64,000 bases of DNA, taken from the NCBI GenBank assembly GCA_035530295.1, contig DATKVB010000014.1:279881-343880 (forward strand), in the 5' to 3' direction. The translations under genes were made by a program, and so were the position numbers. Positions within the stretch are counted from its first letter, which is position 1; every line of letters begins with the position of its first letter. This document shows positions 55,536 through 62,864 of this stretch, piece by piece. This stretch comes from a bacterium. GTDB lineage: Bacteria > Spirochaetota > Spirochaetia > Treponematales > UBA12059. The notes beneath the pieces were generated by a model. The model was not told the DNA's origin, did no database searches, and was given only the letters and a program-made list of their open reading frames with translations.

Positions 55536-57492
55536 TCCCGACAACCCGATTGAAGAGCCGTTGCTCTATAACAGCAAGATCATCTCGAACTACCTGGAAC
55601 TGATCAAGCGAAGATACGCCTACATCGACATCGCAGATTTGCTCAATTATGCGAGGATGGAACCATACCAGGTCGAGGACGAAGGCCACTGGTTCAGCCA
55701 GCGTCAGGTTGATCTTTTTCACGAGTACTTGACGAAGGCTACAGGGGTCACAAGCATCGCGCGCGAGGCTGGGCAGTACAGCGCCTCACCGGAAGGGCTT
55801 GGATGGATGTCGCGCTATGTACTTGGCCTGGCGGGACCGGTAAAGGCATTCGAGGCCATAGGCAAGTTGGCGGGCAGGCTGACCAGGTCAACGAGTTTTG
55901 AGTCAGTGAGAATCCACGATAACGAGATAGTACTGACGGTGCGGCCGCGCGAAGGTGTATCGGAGAAACCCTATCAATGCGAGAACAGGATAGGTTACTT
56001 CGAAGCGATAGTCGCTGGCTTCAATGGGCGCAAACCACGGATAGAGCACCCTGAATGTGTCTTCAGGGGAGACGCCGTATGCAAGTATCACATCACCTGG
56101 AGCGCATCCAAGGCCGCAGTGTTCCGGATAGCTCGCCTCGTCTTCTCAGCCTTCGCCATCGTGGCTCTGGCATGCATACATTTTATTCTTGGCCTCCACA
56201 TCATGCTCATAAGCGCCTTGGTTGCCACCGTGATAATCCTGTTGCTGTCCTTGCTCAAGGAGAATTTCCTGAAGCACGAGCTTGATTCGGCGATAGCATA
56301 CCTGAGGTCAACAACGGAACGCAGTTTCGAGGACTTCGAGCGCGTGTACCGCAATGCACTGATGGGAAAGGAGATCGGACACGCGCTCAGTGCGTCAAAG
56401 GACATGGATGGCACGATGCAGCTGGTGATGCGGATCTTCAAGGAACATGGAGACTACGATCGGGGCATGATTCTGATAGCCGATGAGCGCGAACGTGAGC
56501 TTGAATTCAGGGCGGGGTTCGGCTATTCGGAAGAGCTGTACAAGGAACTCAGGGGAGCTCGCTTCAGTCTGTACAAGCCGGAATCCAGGGGCATATTCGT
56601 GCTATGCTACAGGGAGCACAGACCCTTCCTGATAAACGACATAGAAGCCATAGAGAAGCGGCTGTCGACGCACAGCCTGGATCTTTTAAGGAAGATGGGC
56701 TCGAAGTCATTTGTCTGCTGTCCGATACTGTACGAAGACCAGTGTCTGGGCGTACTGGCCGTCGACAATTTCAAGAGTAAGCGTCCGTTGCTGGAGAGTG
56801 ATCTAAACCTGCTCATGAGCATAGCGCCAGAAATCGGCATTACCCTCAATAGCGCCATGTTCGTCGAGGAGCGGGAGCAGCAGTTCAGATCGATACTCAG
56901 GACCCTCGCCGCCAGCATTGACGCCCGCGACGCGCTGACCGCTGGCCATTCCGAGCGTGTTACAGAATACGCCGTAGCGATATGCAAGGAGATGCACTTG
57001 TCCACGGAGCTGACCGAGGTGATTCGCGTCGCGGCCCAGCTTCATGATTATGGCAAGATAGGCATCAAGGACTCGATCCTCAAGAAGAGCGGGCCGCTTA
57101 CTGGCAAGGAACGGGAAGAAATCAAGACCCATGCCGTCAAGACCCAGGACATACTCAGCCGCATAAACTTCGCTGGAGCCTACCAGCAGGTCCCGTTCAT
57201 CGCCGGTTCCCACCATGAAAGACTCGATGGAACGGGGTATCCCAGGGGACTCAAGGGTTCAGAAATTCCATTGGGGGCACGGATACTCGCGGTAGCTGAT
57301 TTCTTCGAGGCCATTAGTGCCAAGCGTCACTACCATGAGCCGCTACCGCCTGAAGCGGCGATTGAGATGCTACAGGGCGAGGCCGATCACCACCTGGACG
57401 CTGTCGTCATACAGGCGCTGATCAGATCACTTCGCAGAATCCATGACGAAGCGCCGGTGAACGCCATGCTGGTGCCGCAGAATCTCAATTGA
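55519..57492 (+). CDS. Membrane-anchored sensor-GAF-HD-GYP phosphodiesterase
   Basis: GTG 55519 lies 6 nt after AGAAGGA and overlaps the PilZ gene by 17 nt. N-terminal ~230-aa sensor-like domain ending HPECVFRGDAVCKY, 2 TM segments, a GAF domain, then HD (LHDYGKIGI) and HHERLDGTGYP. Confidence 0.88.
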   Translation: MIKTPNPDNPIEEPLLYNSKIISNYLELIKRRYAYIDIADLLNYARMEPYQVEDEGHWFSQRQVDLFHEYLTKATGVTSIAREAGQYSASPEGLGWMSRYVLGLAGPVKAFEAIGKLAGRLTRSTSFESVRIHDNEIVLTVRPREGVSEKPYQCENRIGYFEAIVAGFNGRKPRIEHPECVFRGDAVCKYHITWSASKAAVFRIARLVFSAFAIVALACIHFILGLHIMLISALVATVIILLLSLLKENFLKHELDSAIAYLRSTTERSFEDFERVYRNALMGKEIGHALSASKDMDGTMQLVMRIFKEHGDYDRGMILIADERERELEFRAGFGYSEELYKELRGARFSLYKPESRGIFVLCYREHRPFLINDIEAIEKRLSTHSLDLLRKMGSKSFVCCPILYEDQCLGVLAVDNFKSKRPLLESDLNLLMSIAPEIGITLNSAMFVEEREQQFRSILRTLAASIDARDALTAGHSERVTEYAVAICKEMHLSTELTEVIRVAAQLHDYGKIGIKDSILKKSGPLTGKEREEIKTHAVKTQDILSRINFAGAYQQVPFIAGSHHERLDGTGYPRGLKGSEIPLGARILAVADFFEAISAKRHYHEPLPPEAAIEMLQGEADHHLDAVVIQALIRSLRRIHDEAPVNAMLVPQNLN

Positions 57493-57510
57493 CCGGGCGA
57501 CATAATCCTG

Positions 57511-58314
57511 TCATTGCCGTGGCTTGCGTCCCCATGCGCTGATCACAGGTGTGTAGGTAAATCTCCCAGGATCATGGAAGAAGTCCATGAAATCATCATG
57601 GAACTCATCAGGGTTGGCATATCCGGGAAGGTCAATGGTCAGTTTTCGCGCCAGGACCTCTATCTTCTTGCCCCAGTTGAACTCGTCAGCCTCGGATAGT
57701 TCCCCGTATATGAGGTGGTGTGCCCCGGCTTCCACCCGTATATCGTCGTAACCGAGTCGGTATAGATGGGAATACAGTTTTCGCCCGGCGTAAGGATCGA
57801 AATTGGCCTTGGCCTCCAGCTGTCGTACCGCGGAGGTGAACGCATTTTCGAGGCGCTGGCTCATGCCATAATGGCTGAGGCAGTTGTAATCAAGATCGAC
57901 AAGGCAGAGGATTCCACCCGCATCAAGGGTCCTGGCAATAGTGGAGACTATGTCAAAGCTCTGTGCCTTGTAGTACTCCAGCGTAAAGCGGGTCCAGGCA
58001 AAATCGAAGCTGCCTATGCCTTCAATCGGCTCCAGGAAGTCGCGGACAAAGAATGATGTCCTGTCATCCTCGTGGCGCTCGCGCGCCCTCGTGATTCGTT
58101 GTTCGGATATGTCGAAACCAACGGCTTTGCCGGTATCACCGACAACAGCCGAGAGCGCGGATGTCGTAAGGCCTGGACCGCATCCGGCGTCGACGACCCG
58201 CATGCCTGAAGTCAGCCCCGCAGCCTGGGCAAACTGCTTGACGACCGCGACCTTGGTCTTGATTTCAAGCCGCCGATTCTCATCATCATTCTCCATTATG
58301 TAACCGATAGCCAT
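57511..58314 (-). CDS. Class I SAM-dependent methyltransferase
   Basis: Motif I VVDAGCGPGLTT. ATG 58314 follows AGAGGA. Confidence 0.85.
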   Translation of the reverse strand: MAIGYIMENDDENRRLEIKTKVAVVKQFAQAAGLTSGMRVVDAGCGPGLTTSALSAVVGDTGKAVGFDISEQRITRARERHEDDRTSFFVRDFLEPIEGIGSFDFAWTRFTLEYYKAQSFDIVSTIARTLDAGGILCLVDLDYNCLSHYGMSQRLENAFTSAVRQLEAKANFDPYAGRKLYSHLYRLGYDDIRVEAGAHHLIYGELSEADEFNWGKKIEVLARKLTIDLPGYANPDEFHDDFMDFFHDPGRFTYTPVISAWGRKPRQ

Positions 58315-58462
58315 TGTTCCTCTTTCATGGGAGCCTATCCCGCTGCCGTGGTGGGATGATCCTACGGCCCGCCCCGGTGGGTGTCAAGAAATTTCTGGCC
58401 ATACCGCCTTGTCGTACTGTAATTATCTCCGTGGCACACACGATATCTGCACTCCGCGCCGC

Positions 58463-58494
58463 TTGACTAAATCGCGAGCTGGGCACCATATTAT
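58463..58494 (+). promoter_or_regulatory. Candidate promoter of the thrS leader (TTGACT ... CATATT/TATTAT)
   Basis: TTGACT at 58463-58468, then CATATT after an 18-nt spacer (or TATTAT after 20 nt). This puts the transcription start just upstream of T-box Stem I. Confidence 0.45.
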
Positions 58495-58504
58495 ACGCTA
58501 CAGG

Positions 58505-58740
58505 CTTTGATGGAGAAGAGTAGGCGGGTCATCGCGCCAATAGAGAAGGCCGCCCGTGGCTGGAAGGCGCCCGACGCGATACCGACGAAAACCACTCCGG
58601 AGCCGCTTTCGTGAACGCCGCGAGATACGGCAAGTAATGGGAGCCGGGTGCGCCCGTCACAGCATTCAGAGAGCGGCCTCTGTCGCAAGATGGTGGCCGA
58701 AGTAAGGTGGTACCGCGGATTCCGCGTGCCTGACGCCGAC
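58505..58740 (+). promoter_or_regulatory. T-box riboswitch leader, threonine (ACC) specifier
   Basis: Stem I base GAUGGAGAAGAGUA (58509-58522) matches the K-turn/AGAGUA consensus. AGAGA at ~58543. Specifier-loop context GAAA-ACC-A (codon at 58591-58593). T-box sequence AAGUAAGGUGGUACCGCGG (58701-58718) is followed by CGCGG-AUU-CCGCG, which can form the antiterminator upper helix. Confidence 0.8.
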
Positions 58741-58886
58741 GTCGTCGGTGACGGGCGGTTCTCGATGCACGGCAACGTGCGGGGGCTGAACGGGATTCGT
58801 CCTTACGCTTCAGAGCGCCGGGAGACCCTCCGGCGGGGCGTATGGGCGCGCCTCGTCATGATGTCCCCCGTGTCGAGGAGTACCGT

Positions 58887-60623
58887 ATGAGTTTTCCCGT
58901 CTCCACCATCCGCCATTCCCTTTCCCATGTAATGGCCGAGGCCGTCGTCAAGCTGTACCCGGGCACCAAGGTGGCCATAGGTCCGGCCATCGATGACGGA
59001 TTCTACTACGATTTCCAGTTGCCAACCCCGATCCAACCAGATGACCTTCCCGCCATCGAGAAGGAGATGCGCCGCATCATCTCGGCCAATGTGCCGTTCA
59101 AGCGGGTCGAGGTCAGTAAGGCGCAAGCGCTCGAAATGTTTTCCGAGGAACCATTCAAGCTTGAGCTGATCAACGGGCTTGAAGATGGGACCATAACCAT
59201 CTATGAACAGGGCGCATTCAAGGACCTGTGTCGAGGTCCCCATGTCGACTCGACCCGTGACCTCCGGCCCGATGCGTTCAAGCTGCGTTCGGTTGCCGGT
59301 GCCTATTGGCGTGGCGATGAGAAGCGCCCCATGCTTACCCGCATATACGCGTACGCCTTCGTGAGCAAGGCCGAGCTGGAAGCCCATCTCAAGATGCTCG
59401 AGGAAGCGGAGAGACGCGACAACCGCAAGCTCGGCAAGGAGCTGGACCTGTTCAGCACCCATGAGGAGGCTGGCCCCGGCCTGATTTACTGGCATCCCAA
59501 GGGTGGCCGTTTCCGCGTGGAGCTTGAGAACTGGTGGCGCGACGAGCACTACAAGAACGGCTACGAGATTCTCTTTACTCCGCATATCGGCAAAAGCTGG
59601 CTGTGGGAGACCTCTGGCCACCTTGGCTTTTATAAAGAAGGCATGTATTCGCCCATGAAAGTGGACGAGGATGACTACTACATCAAGCCGATGAACTGTC
59701 CGTTCCACATCATGATATACAACAACAGCGTCCACTCGTACCGCGAGCTGCCGATGCGCTGGGCCGAGCTTGGCACCGTGTATCGCTACGAGCGCTCGGG
59801 AACCCTGCACGGACTGATGCGCGTCCGGGGCTTCACCCAGGATGACGCCCACATCATCTGCACCCCCGAGCAGATCGGGGACGAGATAGCCGAGGTCCTG
59901 AGGTTCTCCCTGTTCATGCACAAGACACTTGGTTTCAAGGATATCAAGGCATACCTTGCGACAAGGCCCGCTGGTGATGGCGCGGTTGGCGAGCCAGCGA
60001 TGTGGGACACGGCGCTCGAGAGTCTGCGCAAGGCAGTTGACAAGGAAGGCTTGGCCTACGAGATGGACGAAGGCGGCGGCGCGTTCTATGGCCCCAAGAT
60101 TGACCTCAAGGTCAAGGACGCAATAGGCCGCGAGTGGCAGCTTACAACCATACAGTTCGACTTCAACGAGCCCGAGCGCTTCGACATGACGTACATCGAT
60201 TCCGATGGCCAGAAGAAGCGCCCGTACATGGTGCACCGAGCCCTGCTGGGTTCGATCGAGCGCTTCTTTGGTGTGTATCTCGAGCATACCGCGGGAGCCT
60301 TCCCGATATGGCTGGCGCCGGAGCAAGCGGCCGTCATTCCTGTTGGAGCTGACTTCAGCGAGTATGCTGCGCAGGTCGTGGCCGAACTCAAGAAGGCCGG
60401 GCTTCGTGCCAGGGGCATGCTGTCGGACGAGCGGATGAACGCCAAGATCCGTGACGCGCAGGGGCAGAAGGTCCCATATATGCTCGTTGTCGGCGCCAAG
60501 GAACGGGATGAGGGCACCGTCGCTGTTCGCGTGCGTGACGGGCGTCAGATGCCAGCGATGAAGGTTGCGGAGTTTGTGGATATGGTCGAGCGGCTCGTCG
60601 CTGCCAGGTCATTGGAACTGTAG
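58887..60623 (+). CDS. thrS: Threonyl-tRNA synthetase (no N-terminal TGS domain)
   Basis: ATG 58887 lies 6 nt after GAGGAG. Starts directly at the editing-domain HSxxH motif (IRHSLSHVMAEAV). Class II motifs and an anticodon-binding domain are present. 578 aa. Confidence 0.97.
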   Translation: MSFPVSTIRHSLSHVMAEAVVKLYPGTKVAIGPAIDDGFYYDFQLPTPIQPDDLPAIEKEMRRIISANVPFKRVEVSKAQALEMFSEEPFKLELINGLEDGTITIYEQGAFKDLCRGPHVDSTRDLRPDAFKLRSVAGAYWRGDEKRPMLTRIYAYAFVSKAELEAHLKMLEEAERRDNRKLGKELDLFSTHEEAGPGLIYWHPKGGRFRVELENWWRDEHYKNGYEILFTPHIGKSWLWETSGHLGFYKEGMYSPMKVDEDDYYIKPMNCPFHIMIYNNSVHSYRELPMRWAELGTVYRYERSGTLHGLMRVRGFTQDDAHIICTPEQIGDEIAEVLRFSLFMHKTLGFKDIKAYLATRPAGDGAVGEPAMWDTALESLRKAVDKEGLAYEMDEGGGAFYGPKIDLKVKDAIGREWQLTTIQFDFNEPERFDMTYIDSDGQKKRPYMVHRALLGSIERFFGVYLEHTAGAFPIWLAPEQAAVIPVGADFSEYAAQVVAELKKAGLRARGMLSDERMNAKIRDAQGQKVPYMLVVGAKERDEGTVAVRVRDGRQMPAMKVAEFVDMVERLVAARSLEL

Positions 60624-60629
60624 GAACAA

Positions 60630-60656
60630 CCAGCCGGGCTGAATCAGCCCGGCTGG
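60630..60656 (+). terminator. Terminator-like hairpin after thrS (no U-tract)
   Basis: Perfect 12-bp stem CCAGCCGGGCTG/CAGCCCGGCTGG with an AAT loop, 7 nt after the thrS stop. Confidence 0.55.
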
Positions 60657-60669
60657 CAATTGGTGGCCC

Positions 60670-61371
60670 ATGGACGAAACGTCAGGTAAGCCAGGAGCAA
60701 GCGTGCTCCTGGTCGTCGCGCTTTCAACACTGTCATGCCTCGTGTTGGTGCTTGTACGGTACGGATTGACTGGGCGCTTCTCGCAGAGCTACCTGATCTG
60801 GAACCTGGTGCTCGCTACGGTGCCGGTACTCATCGCACGCTATGGCACTATGCTGACATCGCGGCAGACCACCGCCAAACGATCAAGGATTTTCGCCGTT
60901 GGTTCATTTGTGGTGTGGCTGGTTTTCTATCCAAACGCGCCATACGTGTTCACCGATTTTATCCATGTTGTCAGGCGAGCCAATCTGGGCGCTGTAGCGC
61001 TGCCATGGCTGTCACAGGCTGACCTGCTGTGGTACGACATCGTGATGAATGCGGCGTTCGCCTTCGTGTGTCACTATATTGGACTGGTTTCAATGTACAT
61101 CATGCACGGTGCCATGCGTACCATGTTTGGCCGCGTGGCTGGCTGGTCCATGATGGTGCCAGCTATCCTCCTGTCCGGCTTTGGCATCCACATTGGCAGG
61201 TTCTCTCGATTCGATAGCTGGGATCTTGTCATGCAGCCTGTTCAGACCGTTCGTGTAATATCGCAATCACTTGCCGATCCGGCGGCATTGCTGTTTTCCA
61301 CTGCGTTTGCCTTCTTCATCGCCCTTACATACATTATTTTTTATATCGTCAAGAAGGCTGACCTGGGGTAG
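60670..61371 (+). CDS. DUF1361-like polytopic membrane protein
   Basis: 233 aa, 6-7 TM segments, with the motif FYPNAPYVFTDFIHV. Confidence 0.72.
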   Translation: MDETSGKPGASVLLVVALSTLSCLVLVLVRYGLTGRFSQSYLIWNLVLATVPVLIARYGTMLTSRQTTAKRSRIFAVGSFVVWLVFYPNAPYVFTDFIHVVRRANLGAVALPWLSQADLLWYDIVMNAAFAFVCHYIGLVSMYIMHGAMRTMFGRVAGWSMMVPAILLSGFGIHIGRFSRFDSWDLVMQPVQTVRVISQSLADPAALLFSTAFAFFIALTYIIFYIVKKADLG

Positions 61372-61405
61372 GGATGCAAGGTGCATACAAGGTCGGCCAG
61401 ACGAT

Positions 61406-62695
61406 TCAATTGTCTATATTCATATTGTCTACTCGTGTCGAGTAAAATTCCTTTGCAGCTATCTGAGTATTGGCGACATACGCGCGCAATGAATCGTACT
61501 CATCGAAGAGCAGCGATACAAGGCTGTAATCAATGAAGCCATTCTTTGCCATCTGACTCATTATCCTGCTCATTCCGGCTTTTCCCATTCCTTCCCGATA
61601 TGGGCGAACCTCGATCAAGGCGGTAAATATATCGGCGATGGCTATAATCCTCGCTCCCACTGACATTCGCTCCCCAGTGATATGAAAGGGATATCCGCTA
61701 CCATCCAGCCTCTCATGATGGAACGCAGCCTCTTCTGCAATCTGGTGAAGCCCGCCTATGGAATTGATTATGTTATACGAATAATATGTGTGGGATTTGA
61801 TGATGGCAAATTCTTCCCGCGTCAAGCCGCCCGGCTTATTGAGTATGCTGGTCGGCACGGCCAGCTTGCCAAGATCATGGAGATTGCTCGCAATTCGCAG
61901 ACTCTGAATTTCAGACTCGTTGCATCCATAGAGCTTGGAGATCATCTCGGCGCATGCGGCTACCCCCGAGGTATGCGTGGCGGTATATGGCGATTTGAAA
62001 TCAATCAGATCCTTGAATAGCTTTGATATCATCTCAAGTCGATCGTTGCCGACCTCAATGCTTCTCAATGGACCTTGCGAGAACAGGAGCGAGTAGAGCC
62101 GCGGCGAGACAATGTCGAGCCAGAATTCTTCTGATTTGGATATTTCCAGAAATTGATCGACGAGCTTGCCTTCCACGCTTTGGTCGCGAAGTGTCCCAAT
62201 GTGTCTGCGGATTGAATCAGTCTGGAGCAGTATGTGCTGGCCGCGATTGATCAGCCTCTCGGCCAAGTCAGACAATAATAGTATCTGGGAGCCAAGAACA
62301 TATTCAGCTTCGATGGATCCTGCCGATTCCTGCCATTCTGCCCACTCCGTATGATGGTATCTGACATATTTTCCCAGCCTGGCAAACTCTGGAACCCGAC
62401 CCAGAAGCAGCGCACCTTTGATGCAATGCAACTGTATGTGTACTTCCTCGAATCTATGCAGCGCGATCTTTTCTTCACTTGTAATGGCGCCTACATCATG
62501 CAGCAGCGAAGCTATAAAAATATTGGAGACCTGTTCGCCCGTGAGGCACAGACTCTCGGAGAGCTTCCACGCAATGTAGGCCGTTCGCAGTTGATGCATC
62601 GATATGTCGGGATCGGCCAGATCGATGGCGTCCGATAATGAAAGCAAAATATTGCCCAGGTTGGTCTTACCACTTTCCTGCACGAAGTACCTCAC
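61406..62695 (-). CDS. Tandem HD / HD-GYP domain protein (first domain degenerate)
   Basis: First HD module (LLHDVGAI ... YHHTEWAEW) lacks GYP. The second is canonical (LHDLGKLAVP ... FHHERLDGSGYP). Confidence 0.85.
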   Translation of the reverse strand: MRYFVQESGKTNLGNILLSLSDAIDLADPDISMHQLRTAYIAWKLSESLCLTGEQVSNIFIASLLHDVGAITSEEKIALHRFEEVHIQLHCIKGALLLGRVPEFARLGKYVRYHHTEWAEWQESAGSIEAEYVLGSQILLLSDLAERLINRGQHILLQTDSIRRHIGTLRDQSVEGKLVDQFLEISKSEEFWLDIVSPRLYSLLFSQGPLRSIEVGNDRLEMISKLFKDLIDFKSPYTATHTSGVAACAEMISKLYGCNESEIQSLRIASNLHDLGKLAVPTSILNKPGGLTREEFAIIKSHTYYSYNIINSIGGLHQIAEEAAFHHERLDGSGYPFHITGERMSVGARIIAIADIFTALIEVRPYREGMGKAGMSRIMSQMAKNGFIDYSLVSLLFDEYDSLRAYVANTQIAAKEFYSTRVDNMNIDN

Positions 62696-62773
62696 ATGGG
62701 ATAGTCTGCGCTGATGAGCCTTGTAGCATTGATTTTCTGAGTATAAAAGTGATAAATCTGGGTGTCAAGCAAA

Positions 62774-62790
62774 TTGAAATTAAATTTCAA
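62774..62790. repeat. AT-rich perfect palindrome TTGAAATT-A-AATTTCAA in the promoter region of the tandem HD-GYP gene
   Basis: 8-bp arms with a 1-nt spacer, inside a locally AT-rich stretch (62740-62820) of an otherwise GC-rich window. Confidence 0.6.
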
Positions 62791-62864
62791 TAGATAAATA
62801 TATAGACTGAATATTTACTCCATGCCTGTAGACCGGGCCGATTGACCGATGGTGACGCGCTCTG

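Noticed and set aside
58803-60326. 507-aa ORF antisense to thrS
   Set aside because: It is a mirror-frame ORF of the kind expected in GC-rich coding DNA. The translation is L/R/G/V/H-rich with no motifs, there is no SD, and the opposite strand encodes an unambiguous ThrRS.
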